Source of the DNA: Chromera velia
Taxonomy: Eukaryota
NCBI GenBank assembly: GCA_018398765.1
Contig: JAHBMJ010000489.1
Coordinates: forward strand, 1 to 46,268
Direction: 5' to 3'
Length of the DNA: 46,268 nucleotides
Positions 23,015-35,147 of the stretch are shown piece after piece. The notes beneath the pieces are model-generated. The model was not told the DNA's origin, did no database searches, and saw only the letters and a program-made list of their open reading frames with translations. Position numbers and translations under genes: made by a program. How positions within the stretch are numbered: the stretch's first letter is position 1; the number at the start of each line of letters is the position of its first letter.

Positions 23015-26000
23015 TGTGTGTGCAGATTGACGCTGGGCGGGAGAGCAGGATGCAGAATGCCGTCGAGCAGATGCTGATGAGTCAGAAGTTCCTGTCGTCT
23101 CATCATCCCGACGGCTTGGGGCCTTTTTGTCTCCCCCCTGCAAAGGGATCTGAGGGGCTCCTCAAAGTGAAGGAAGAGGAGACGGGGGAGCCCTCAAAAG
23201 AAGGGCACGGAGACAAGGGTGAGTCAGTGAAGCTGCTTTCCTGTCCGTGTTCCTCGACTGCTTTCTGTTGCTCATTCGTCATGCTGTCTCTCTCAATTGT
23301 TCTCCCCTTAATCTTTTTTCTTTCCACAGCCGTTCAAGCCCTTCATTCTTCTTTGGTCTCCCTGGTACGTACTCCATGTCTCTTTCCGCCCCCGTGGAAG
23401 GAACCCCTCCTTTCCCTTTCCTCCCTCTTTCTGTCTCCGTGTCTTAACTCATGCATGCAGGTGTTGTGAAGGCTGAAGTAGTCGGTGATGCCATCGACGA
23501 GACGCGCTCTGCAGAGCCGAACGGTCCCTCCACTGTCACCGCAACTGCGACCGCGACCCCCCCCCCGACAGCCTCTGAGGGGGGCAATCTCTCTCAGTCC
23601 ATCTGCCCCTCCCTCCCCCCCTCCCCTCTTTCTCGGAGCCCCAGGGAGGCTGTTAAGGGGCGAGACGCCGAGCAATTTGGAAAGGCCGACGTGGGAGAGG
23701 AGGGGGGGTTGTCTTCCGCCGGGGTGAAGACCGAAGAGACGGGTGTCCAGCAGGATTCCTCCGAGGTGGCTCCTGTCAATGAGGGAGCAGCAGAGGCTGC
23801 AGACACAGCGGGAGACGGAGGAGGAGAGGAGGAAGGGCAGACGAATGTGCCGACTGTACAGGGGGGTGAGGCACAAGGAGAAGAGGAGAATGAAATCGAG
23901 CCCTGCTGGATCCAGTGTGACCGGTGGGTGGCCAAAAGAAACAAAAGCAAGAAGACAAGAGAAGAGAACAGAAGGCAGTTGAACACAAGAAAATGTGCCA
24001 AAAATTCGTTTTTTCGTTCCTTTGCGCGATTTTTTGTTTTTCTTTCTCCTCTGCTCTGACGCACAGAACGCCGTGTCAGCTTCTGTGCACGGCCCATTGC
24101 ACTCTCTCTTCATGCAGGTGCGACAAATGGCGGCTGCTGGTTGAGGGTCTCTGTGAGGAGGAGAAGAAGAGCACCAGCCTCTGGCTGTGCGAGATGAATC
24201 CGGACGTGCTCCACAGCTGCTGCTCACAGCCTGGTCAGTGACTGACGCGTCTGGAAGGAAGAAGAGGGAGGGAAGGTATAGGTTGACTTTTTTTTTTTTG
24301 CTTCTCTCCTGTACTCCCCCCTCCCCTTTTGATCTTTGTGTGACCTGTTCGCTTTTTTACATTCCGTCTCCACTCTGAGCACGTTTTGAAAGAGTACCAC
24401 CGAGAGAAGAAAGACGAAGGACCTGTTGCATTTGTGGATAGAACCGGGCTGTGCTTCCCAAAGGTATTTTATCCGCCAAACGCTCTTCATTCGATTGCTG
24501 TCGTGGATCACGTCCTTTTGATTTTCTCATCTGAAGTGCAACACGCAGCTTTTGCTTTGTCTACTTCGCTTCAAAGAGAAGCACCCTGTGATTTCTTGTT
24601 TTCACCTTCCTCTGCCCTGTTTCATTTGATTGTCTGTCTGCTGTCTGCAGAGGAAGGGCAACCGACGAGAGAAGAAGTCGAGTGGGCCCTGAATAGAGCA
24701 GAGAGGCTGCCTGGACAGAAGAACTTTATCGGGGAGGGGACTTGGTGGGACACTGTGGAGAGTGACTTCTCCCTGTCTTCTCTCTCGCCAGACTCTCTGT
24801 CCAGTTCCTCTTCGGAGTCTGAGGAAGAAGAAGAAGAGGAAGAGGGAGAGGGGAGGATCTCCACCTGGGTCATGTGTGAGAAGTGCAATAAGTGGAGACG
24901 CCTCCCCTCTTCCGGAAAGGGAAGCCGCCCCGGCAAAGGGGAGTGGTACTGCAGCAAAAATCCCGACAAGAGGTTTGCCAAATGTTCGCAGCCCCAGGAG
25001 GAAGATAACCACGAAATCGCTCTTTCGTTCCTGAAAACCCAGACCAACATTTCCGATTCCTTCCATGTGAAGGAGGAAGAAATAGCACGGAAGAGACGGG
25101 TAAAACCTTCCAAGCCCGTGCATGCCTCTCTCTTCTTTACCGGGTCCAGATACACCCGTCTTCTATTGAAGGAGAAAGAACGTGAAAGGAAGATGTTGGC
25201 ATCGGTAGGATTGGAGGATGGGGGGGGGGAATTGTTGTTCGGTCATGAGTCCTCCGATTTTTCATCCGACTCTGAGTATGCGTTCATGATGAAGCAGAAG
25301 AAGTCGGAGAGGGAGGAAGGCCGAAAGTCTCTCGGAGCATTCACCTCCGACCGACTCTTCAACTACCTTTCCGAGTCTTCTTGTCTCAGCTCTTCAAGCG
25401 AGGAGGAGAGCACGGACGAAATGGGGAGGTCCCGAGCTGCAAAGGCAGCCGTTGCTGCATCTTCCTCCTCCTCCTCCTCCTCTGCCCAGCAGAACCCCCC
25501 CTCTCCCTCCGCTGTAGCTGCTGCAGCCGCATCGGTTTTTGCCTCTTCGTCTTCGGATCCCCTGCCGAACAACGCACAGCTCGAAGTCGTAGCAGACGCA
25601 AGAGACGCTGTGATGGCAGAGGCTGCCGACATGGCTCCCGCTTCCGTTGCCCCCTTGGGCTCGGAGGGCAACACCGCAGTGTCTGAGCAGCCTCCTTCCC
25701 ATGAGCCTATGCAGGAGGGATTGGAAGGGAATGGAAGAGACGAGTCGATGGGTGTGGACAGTGTGTCGCAGGAGGGTGAGGGGGTGGGTGCAGAAGCACC
25801 AGGAGGGACCGAAGTTGAACAAGAGAGAAAAGAAAAGAGAGAAGAGAAGGTGGAGTTTCCAGTTTTGGGAGTAGAGGGGGATGTCGCGATGGAGGACGCG
25901 GAGCCGGGTGTGGCGTCGCCAGCTGCCCCAGCCCTGCAACCCATTCCGCCTCCCCGAGACCCAGCTGACATATCTGTATCCGACCCAGCAGCTCCCCTCC

Positions 26001-28612
26001 CTGTCGGTGCATCCCCCCATCCCCCTCCGTCTTACGGAACTCACCCAACTGGAGCCCCAGAGCCCACCGCTGCCGAGACCGGGTCACCAGCTCCTGCGAT
26101 TGTCGAAGGTCCGGGGGTTGAGGGGGGTGATAAAGAGAAAAAAGTACATGAGGGGGGAAAGGAGACGGAAGAAGTGGGCAAATCCGGAAAGAAGGAAAGG
26201 CCCAGGACATCCCTGAAATGGCCCTACAACAAGACGGCAGAGGAGCAGAAACAGCAACCGAGGTTGAAGGAGTGGGAGAAGCTAGCCCTAGAGGCCGAGC
26301 GGCTCATGACAGGCTCGATTGGCTGGGCAGATTACTCAACGCCTCCTGATGAATCCGTCTCCCTCCGTCTGTTCGGTGATCCCGATTTCTTCAATCAGCT
26401 CGCCACCCAGAAGAATCAAGGGCAAGGAGAGGGGGAGGGGGAAGGAAGAGAGGAGGAAGCGGTGCCCCCGTCCCCCAGAGTCACGACGAGGGGCACGCCC
26501 TACTCGACTGCCGCTAGGAAGAGCGGGCGCATTGCCAAGCTCACCGGAGAGGACAAAGAGGCGCGGAAAGAGGAGGAGCAGCGTCGGAAAAGACGACAGA
26601 GGCTAGTGGATGGCCACGAGTGGCGAAAAATCCAACGCGCCAAGATGCGCGGATGCCGTGAGGAGCGTCGCCGTTTGAGGGCGGATCGTTTGGGGGTATC
26701 GTGGGAAGAATTTACGAGGCAGCGAAACGAAAAGAAGGAGCAGCGCATGGCTGAGAAAGAGGCAGCAAGACAGAGGTATCTCCAGCAGCAGCAAGAGCGC
26801 TGGGAAAAACAGCAACAGGAGCTGGAAGCTAAGAGAAAGCAGGAGGAGGAAGAAAGAGTAAAGTTGATCGAGAGAGAAGCGAAACGTCAGAAGAAGAGAG
26901 AAGAGACGGCTGAGAAGCGAAGGCAAAGAAAAGAGGCGCAGGAAGAGCAGGCAAGGAAAGAAGCCGAAAAAGCGGCACAGAGAGCACGTCGGGAAGCCGA
27001 GGCAGCGGCAGAGAAAAAAAGAAAAAGAGCAGAAGCAACCGCAAGGCGGAAAGCCCGAGAAGCCGAGCAAGCCGCCGCCGCCACCGCAGAGGCCGCCGCT
27101 GCTGCTGCCTCCGTTACCGCCGCCTCTTCCCAGTCTCCTTCCGAGCTCCCTGGGATCTCACCAGCCCCCTGGGGCTCCTTCGGTGTTGCAGCAGCCGCTG
27201 CAAAAGCGAAGGCACTCATCTCAGAAGCAGGTAGCGGTGCGTCTCCCACAGTCGAAGGGGAGCAGTCTCCCGTTTCATCTGAGCACCCCCTCGAAGAAGT
27301 TGTCGACCTCGCACACAGAAGGCGCCTCCTCCAGTCCGCATCTGCCGGTGGTGCAGCAGACCAGTTTGTGGTCAAAGCACAGACCGCAACTGCACCCGAA
27401 TCCGAATCACGAGTCGCTTTCCGAAAGCGAAAGTCCCCCCCCCAGTCCCCCAAAGCAGAGAGAGCAGCTGAGATCTCAGAGGAGCAGCTAGCGTCGATGC
27501 AGGGCCTGACGCGATCTCGCCGTCGGGCGTCCGTGAGGTTTTCCAACATCATGGACTCCATGCGGGGAGGTCCGGGGGGAGCGGGCGCAATAGCAAAAAC
27601 GAAGAGTGAGGACCAGCAGCAGCAGCAGGCAGGGGATCAGTCCGACCTGCCCTCTTACCGGCGTCCGGTCAAGAAGGTGAAACAGGAAGAAAAAGAAGAA
27701 AGGGATCAGCAGGAGGGCAGGGTTATCAGAGAGACCTCAGGCGACGTTCCCCTGTCTGCAGAGGGAGTGGCTCTGATGGAAGACGGGCCTCCTTCCTCAG
27801 CAGACCTCGCAGCTGCAGCTCCCAAAATCGTTCCCCCCTCGTCCCACCAGCCTTGCCTGCCGCCTCATTTTTCCTCCCAAGGTCCTCAGCAGCAGGGAGA
27901 GGGGGAGGGCCGTGAGTGGAGGAGGACACTTGCCGATTCAAGCACTGCCCCCGCAGGGCAGTCGGGTTACGCCTCAGACCCCTACCAGGCCCTCGCATCC
28001 CTCTCGCTCCCTATCCCCTCCCGGCAGTCCATTGTTGTAGCAGCAGCACCAGGCACAGCCCTCAGAGGAGTTCCCCTCCCCTCCTCCCTCTATGCTGCCC
28101 GTGTCCACCCCCATCCTCTGTCAGGAGGAAACCCTAGTCATCAAATTCGACCCCTCCCCGATTCCTTCCAAGAGGAGTCAACCCTCCGATTCGGCCGCCC
28201 CTCGGGTGGTCTCGTCGGTGGACCCGCAGCGAGACTCTCGAGCGCCCACGTGCAGGGAGGGGCGTTTGCCTCTTCTGGAGGTTATGCACACCCACGGGGA
28301 GGAGTGGGCTCAGAGCCTCTGCGAGAGCCGACCAGGTCCCCTCAGGTGTCGCGGGGGCCGCCTGCCGTTGGTTTCTCCGCTGCCGAGTCGAGGGTGATCC
28401 TTGGGGGGTTCCCGAGGGGAGGGACCTGTGTAGCACGAGTACCCATTGAACCCCGTCCTCCTCAGGGGTCTCCGGCTGGTAGACAGATGCCCCCGAGCCA
28501 GGCTGCCGATCCAACAGAGAGAGAGCAGACGGCCCCCGTCTCTCCTGCCCCGGCCCCTCTGTCCCCTCTGGTGGTTCCCTCAGCACAGCAAGCGCCGGGG
28601 GGTGCAGAGTGA
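20969..28612 (+). CDS. DOT1-like (H3K79-type) class I SAM methyltransferase fused to two CW-type zinc fingers and a long charged/low-complexity C-terminus, ~2128 aa; exons 20969-22621, 23026-23218, 23461-23923, 24118-24233, 24651-28612
   Basis: Start context CAAAATGG. All four introns are GT..AG with matching phases (0,1,2,1). DOT1 hallmarks: MYGE...LREDSVFCDIGSGRG...SIGVEMD...FLLADAT. CW1 is split by an intron: WIQCDR/CDKWRLL..WLCEMNPD..CSQPEE. CW2: WVMCEKCNKWRRLP..WYCSKNPD..CSQPQEE. An E/K/R coiled coil spans ~26550-27070. Confidence 0.85.
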
Positions 28613-29583
28613 TCCCGGCCAGATGTCCGACCTGGCAGTGCCCCCTTCCAGCCGTCCGATTGAATAGCTGAAGCAAGAAGAAGAAAAAGAAACGAATCGG
28701 GAGGAGGGTGGGGGCACCAGAGAGGTCGCAGGCTTATTCGGAGGGTAATTTAACATTCCGTCGGCCGGGACCTCGGCACTACGGAAGAGTCCTGGAAACT
28801 GCTGGAAGTGATCAGCTGAAGTGCAGAGGGTCAATTTCATTTTTGGCCTGTTTCAGGCAAGACTTTGGCTTGTCCCGGCAGTTTTCAATTAAATAAGAAT
28901 GCGTGAATGAATGGATGAGTGAGTGAATGAATGAAGGAATGAATGAATGACTTGAGTACGCCACCGAAGCGGAAATTCTGGCATTCCATGCGTATGGAAG
29001 CCTTTGCACCCTAGTTTCCACCATCCGATTTGTGGAACAACTTGAAGAAGTGCTTAGACAGGCTTCGAAAGAGGGCTGATTCGTGTGTTCCTGACCCTAC
29101 TTATCCACCTGCATTTTTGTTGACATGCTCTATACATGGATATTTGGATCAGTGGATCTCATGATCTGGATCGATTTTTCTTTTTTCAACCTAAAAAACA
29201 ATTAAATGATCATGGAAATGATAAATCTGTTTTCAACTTTGAATTTAGTTTAATTCTGGGTTTAATTGAAAGAAATCCTTCTCAAAAATCTTTTACGCTT
29301 TAATTTAGATGGTTGATATGCCAACATATGATACTTTCACTCGAAGTTTTTGATGTTTCGTAGAGAATTAGCATAAAAACGATGAAGTTAGCAGCACCTG
29401 AAATTTCAAGTATTAGAAGCTAGATAAGATTCTGATTCATCATTAGAAGCAAAAATACACTTTGATTAAACAGCGGAATAGTAGTGGTAACGAAAGATAA
29501 TTCTCGAATCGATTTATATCGATTTGTTGTAGCGCTTACAAAAGAGCAGAGTCCTATTTTTATATAGAAATACTTGTAGAAAT

Positions 29584-30062
29584 TGCTATGCGCTACTTAA
29601 GCACAGCTAGAAAGAAAATAGAAATTAAATGAATTGATTGTAGTTTAAAGTCTAGTTTAAAGTAACACTGAACAAAAGAGAATTATGCGCATCACTCGCC
29701 TTCATGACCTAATGGTTAGCATACAACACTAACAAGCAAAAGGTCATTGGTTCAAGCCTCGCTACCTCCTTTTTAAGAATCAAAGAAAGAAGCTAGATGC
29801 AGGACGTTAACGTCTTGTATCATACAGATGTTGACGTGTTACACTTCGATCAAAATCATATAAAAGACTTCCAAAAGACTTTCTGGAAGACTACAATGAA
29901 ATCAGATCGATCACCGAATCACAAGAAAACTCCATACTCCTGACACTGATCGAATCTGTCACTAGAGATCAACCTGAACCACTCCAGTGACATCAAGCCC
30001 TGAAGACCCTTGAACCTCTGCAAGCACTCACCAACGCCAACCCCTCTAAGTAGACCTTAACA
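29584..30062 (+). repeat. 5' LTR (479 bp)
   Basis: TGCTATGCGCTAC...AGTAGACCTTAACA, matching 35148-35610. Confidence 0.92.
29698..29773 (+). promoter_or_regulatory. tRNA-derived (Val-AAC-like) Pol III type-2 promoter cassette in the 5' LTR
   Basis: A-box-like TGACCTAATGG (29705-29715), anticodon-loop-like CTAACA, variable arm AAAGGTC, B-box GGTTCAAGCC (29749-29758), then TTTT. The acceptor stem does not pair. Confidence 0.6.
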
Positions 30063-30064
30063 CG

Positions 30065-30082
30065 TGGTGACGCCTAGCTCGA
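30065..30082 (+). promoter_or_regulatory. Primer-binding site (tRNA 3'-CCA complement)
   Basis: TGGTGACGCCTAGCTCGA just downstream of the 5' LTR. The priming tRNA was not identified. Confidence 0.7.
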
Positions 30083-30457
30083 GATCAACAAGATTAAAGA
30101 GCTGAGCGAACGGAGACCAACCTTCTCTGCCGAACAATAACTATTCTACAAGCAACGCAGACCACCTTCTTCGTCCAGAGAAGGTTCACCCAGAAGAAAC
30201 CAGAACGCTGTGATCCTCTACATGCATACTATAGGAGCCCACACCTGCAAGCCATCAACTCAAACCTCAACTTGTACGCCCTTGACTTGGCCATCCCTTT
30301 AGTGTCCTGTACCTGCAAAGAGAAGAAGCAGGACCACATCGTAAAGCGCTGCTAGAATTTCTGACGGAACCCCACTTTCTGTCCTCTGCTATAAATCGAC
30401 ATCAGACAGGACCACACCGCGAAGCGCTGCTGAAATTTCTGACTGTACCACCTTTTC

Positions 30458-30980
30458 CTGCCCTTTTTGCGAATTTCACGCATTGTATCTGATAGTGAAT
30501 TTGACTTCTCTTCGTTTCTCTGTGAACAGCGAAGCCCTGCCCTTTTTACGAATTTCACGTATTCTACCTGACAGTGAATTTGACTTTTGCTCGTTTCTCT
30601 GTGAACAGCAAAGCCCTGCCCTTTTTGTGAATTTTACGCATTCTACCTAACAGTGAATTTGACTTCTCCTCGTTTCTCTGTGAACAGCGAAGCCCTGCCT
30701 TTTTTGCGAATTTCACGCATTCAACTTGATAGTGAATTTGACTTCTCTTGGTTTCTCTGTGAATGGCGAAGCCATGCTCTTTTTATGAATTTCACGCATT
30801 CTATCTGACAGTGAATTTGACTTCTCTTCGTTTCTCTGTGAACGGCGAAGCCCTGGCCTTTTTACGAATTTCACGTATTCTACCTAATAGTGAATTTGAC
30901 CTCTCTTTGTTTCTCTGTGAACGGCAAAGCCCTGCCCTTTTTATGAATTTCACGTATTCTACCTGACGGTAAATTTCACT
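30458..30980. repeat. 79-bp tandem repeat, ~6.5 units, in the 5' internal region of the LTR element
   Basis: GAATTT(C/T)ACG recurs at 30471, 30550, 30629, 30708, 30787, 30866 and 30945 (exact 79-nt period). Confidence 0.95.
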
Positions 30981-32168
30981 TGTCTTTATCCTTCTACAAA
31001 AGACAAAACACATTACGAGGCGTTCGTACGTTTTGTGACTTGGACTTTGCTACTAAGCAAAAAGAAAATTCGACTACTTCCATCCCTGTGTGACTTACTT
31101 TTTTTGCTTGCCATCTTTATATATATGAGCACTCTACCTGTACATACGAGACAAATACAAGTAACTCTATCTTCATTCGAATTTGGATTGCTTCTCTTTC
31201 TTTCCTTTTATGAAGGAGATCTTTCTGCAAATCAGGCCATCTTTCCCCTCAGCAAGTTTGAAATTTCACTCTACTGCACAAATCTTTCCTTTATAGCTAA
31301 ACAAACCCTTTTGTCTTTCTTCGAATTCGGATTCTCCCTTCTCTTTTTGCTCTTCAATGGAACTCTACCTCTCTTACTTCATCAAGTCATTTAAAAAAAT
31401 TTTTTTTTGTCTGCACAAGCAACTTGCAAAAGATGCGGAGGCTCGACCCCTCACGTAAGTGACCAGTGCCCTTTGCCACCAGACTGCGAATGCGCATATT
31501 ATGGCAACAAATGATATGGAAGACCAGCATGTAGAAGTCTTAGACTAAAAAGGGACTTGAAAGTAAATCGATTTACGCCTTTCAGTCTCAGAAAAAAACA
31601 GACCTTGACATGAAAAAAAAAATGTAGAGAAGGAAGGCTGGAAAGAGCAAGGAACACTGAAGACCACGGAGAGAAACAGAAAAAGGAGAGAGGAGAAAGG
31701 GAGAGAAAAGGAAGAAAAACAAGAAGAAGGACTCAACGAAAACAGTCATACACATCCATTTGAACTGACAAATTAAGGGTAGAACTCTTCATCTCTTTGG
31801 TCACAGTATGATTGTACCTGCAATGATGGACAGCAGACGTGCGGTGAATCATGATGGTACACGAACACGTCCAGCAGCAGCTCACAACAGGAAACCCGTC
31901 CTTGAAGGCCATTTCTTCACCTCTCTAAATCAAAGGCGAGGGGGGAAACAAACTTGAAAACGAAAGACTCGTTTCTTTTTTTGAATAAAAGACTCGCTTC
32001 TTTTTTTGTTTGATTTACAGAGAATTAGGAAAACCGAATTTCACATCTCTTCTTCGATGAGACGTGACTTTTTGTTTGACTTGCATGCGCTTGAAATGTA
32101 CACGTTCTTCAAGACTAGACAGACTCATGATAAAAAAAAATCCGTCCACAAAGTGAGAGAAGTGGTCA

Positions 32169-32209
<41 letters not shown>

Positions 32210-34356
32210 AGGTGCAATACTCCCTCACCTATGAAGGATGCCCAAACGAATTGTGGTTGATCAAAGTTGAAGACTGCGACTGCCCTGCATTCATTCGGTA
32301 ATTTGAGGCAGAGCAAACTGTAAAAAAGGGAGCCGCTATTCTTAAAGAGCAAGAAAGGAAACTTAGCAGTTAAAGAAAGAAGACAAATTAAAAAGAGAAA
32401 ATCACGGCGCAGGAGGGAAAAGACGAAACAAAAGCAATACAGTGTAACATAAAAGAGAGACTAGCAGAGCCAAGTGCGACGCTGGCACTACATCCAAAAC
32501 ATGCAAGGAACAGAATGGGGAACACCCACCTCAGAAGGAGCTGGCAGCCCCAATCACAGGAGGCCAGTTCACGTTGACTAAGGCGGTGCGCTTCCAGTAC
32601 TCTCACTTCCGGGGTTGCCGTGGGAAAGGCAGACGTAAACAGGGACCGAGGAGCCTGGAACTGAAAACCTGTAGATATGAAGAGATGAAATCGTCATTGA
32701 CTACGTTCTCAACGACAATCACATCGACAGTGGGAGATCAAGAGTCAGAGCAAGCACCGTCAACAACCAAAAATAGAAAACGCACAGGCACTGGAGGTGC
32801 ACAAAGTCGTGCATAAGTCAAAAACCACCCAAACAGAGAGAAAAGATAGATAAGATGAACACTTACAAACGAATGATCAAATGAATAAAGGATAGACAGG
32901 TAGATGCCTGATTGATTCAGATTAGAATAACCAACTGAACCAAATAAAGGGCACGAAAGATGCAAGGTAAGACAAGTGTGTCGACAAAAAGACCAACTGA
33001 ATGACCCCTTAAGTACTAAAAAGGAATGAATGGAAACAAAACACCCATACACACACACTCACACATCTTCATCCTCATTCATCCACTCACCCGCACCTAC
33101 ATACACACGAACCCTCCCTGGAGCAGCACCGCATACCGATTGGTGACTGATGAATAAAGGTAAATAACACAGACCTGCCGGGCGCATATAACCCACAGCC
33201 TCCAACCCTAACGCCTTCATGGCAAGAAGACGCATGCGCATATGCATATAAGGTCCCCCAGGGGGTAAGTTGGCTACTCATACCACCAGGACCTCCCAGG
33301 GAGAGGTAAGGTCACCCGCTTAATCGCTTGTACTGGGCCCCCGTTCCCTAGCCCATTCCCCAGTACATTATCATTGATCTACACACACACACACACATAC
33401 CCTACACACACACAAACACCAAACCGAGCTTCGCGCTCAAGCTCATTCAAAAAAAAAAAAAACCGCCCAAGAAGTAAAACCTGGTGTTGGGCCTCCGACC
33501 CCAACAGTAATCTGAAGATGAGCCCGATGAAAAGAGGTGAATACACTTATTTTCGACTAAAAGTTAGAGAGGAAAAAGTACGAGAGGAAGCCAAATGCCA
33601 TACTAAAGAAGAGAAACAAAGTCAACAAACAGCAAAAGGTTCCTCACAGAATCACCCGCTCATATATGCACACTCAAATAGATGTCTTTCAGAGCAGATG
33701 AGATGGGGGAGGGAGCCAGACAAACGAAATAAGACGACTGGCAGGCAAATGAAATCATAGGAGAAAATCAATTCAGCGAAATTGAACGAAATGGTGAATG
33801 GTACAGAGATAAGCAAATCAAAGCCAAACAGCGAGAACACGGGAAGACAGTCTATCAAGAAAGCATAAAGCCGACAAGCTCTTCCAAACAAAATAGAGGC
33901 AGAGAAGTGCAAAACGCGAACTCGCAGTAAACTTAACATCGAACCGCTGAGTCACTACCTTGCATGAATGGACTGACTCCTTTTCCCGAGCCTCTCCCTG
34001 TCGTATGCCAAAGATCCCCCTATAGGAGGAAAGACAAGATAAAGAAGAAGGTCGATAATGGAGGCTACAAGGAGGCAACATCGAGACCAAAAAGAGTACA
34101 AAGAACGCCATCGCCCCGCGTGCAAGGGCGAGTAGACGACCAAGACCAAGAAGATGGAGATGAACTTGATGAACTCAACGCATGCAGGAGATCAAAGCAA
34201 TAACGTAGAAGCAGGCGGCAGTGATGATCGAGGAGTCGCCGGGAGGAAGAGGGAGACAAGGAAGTAGATAAAACCGATGTCGAAGGCAACAACACCCATG
34301 GAGACGGAAAGAGACATCGGGTTCCAGAGGAGCAAAGACAACGACAACAGGGGCAA

Positions 34357-34438
34357 CGTGGACGTAGGCATCGTGATCTTTGCCGTGGGTATAAGCATAG
34401 TGATCCTTGCCGTGGATGTAGGCATACTGATCCTTGCC
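34357..34438. repeat. 27-bp tandem repeat x3
   Basis: CGTGGA(C/T)GTAGGCAT..TGATC(C/T)TTGC units at 34357, 34384 and 34411. Confidence 0.8.
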
Positions 34439-35134
34439 CAGGATGTGGCGATGTAGAAGAGGTTGGAGATGGAGGAGGATCGCCTTGCATCAGAAACGGT
34501 TAGAACACGAACACGGGGAAACGTGAGATGAAGGCGCAGTGTATGTGGCGATGTAGAAGAGGTTGTAGAACAAAGATGTGGAGAGCATCTGTAAGCATAA
34601 GGACAAGAGAGACTAAGGATGACTTGAACAATATGAGGCACAAGATCAACGTAAAGCTTAGCGTGAAGCTTTTGAAGGATGAGAACAACGAGGCCACAGA
34701 GCGCACTCGCTCTGACCGGGATGATGGAGGATTCCAGAGGTAGAGGCCAGCCAGAGAGTCGCTACGAAAGCGAGGAAAAGGTTCCAAGAAGGGGCCAGAC
34801 GAAGCGATTGCCTAGTAGCGTACGTGTTGCATTGCATAACATGTCGCACTCATAGCTATATGGGCCCATTTGCATGAAAGACCCCGGCGCTTTCTGCGGG
34901 GGCCATCCGATTTTGCGTGCGCGAACTGAAGGACGTGCTGGCATGCCAGGGCCTTTTTGACAACCCCATGTGCCGCGCGCGTGAGATCTCGAGGGGCCGT
35001 CGGTATGCCAGAAAACTACATGCAAAGGCACGGATAGGCATGGAAAGGCACAAAAAGACATAGAAAGGGGCGAATGCTATGAGATAAGATCATGCATGAA
35101 TCGAGCGTGGAATCTCGATGATTGCCTCGATCTT

Positions 35135-35147
35135 AGAAAGGGGCGAA
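35135..35147 (+). promoter_or_regulatory. Polypurine tract
   Basis: AGAAAGGGGCGAA directly precedes the TG of the 3' LTR. Confidence 0.8.

Noticed and set aside
24386..24650. N-terminus of the 1408-aa ORF as a separate gene start
   Set aside because: This part is pyrimidine-rich intron ending in CTGCAG at 24650, and the phase matches the upstream CW exon.
29698..29773. Functional tRNA-Val gene
   Set aside because: The acceptor and anticodon stems do not pair convincingly. Kept only as a tRNA-derived promoter cassette.
30458..30980. 79-bp periodic array as CRISPR repeat-spacer units
   Set aside because: The whole 79 bp is repeated, so there is no variable spacer.
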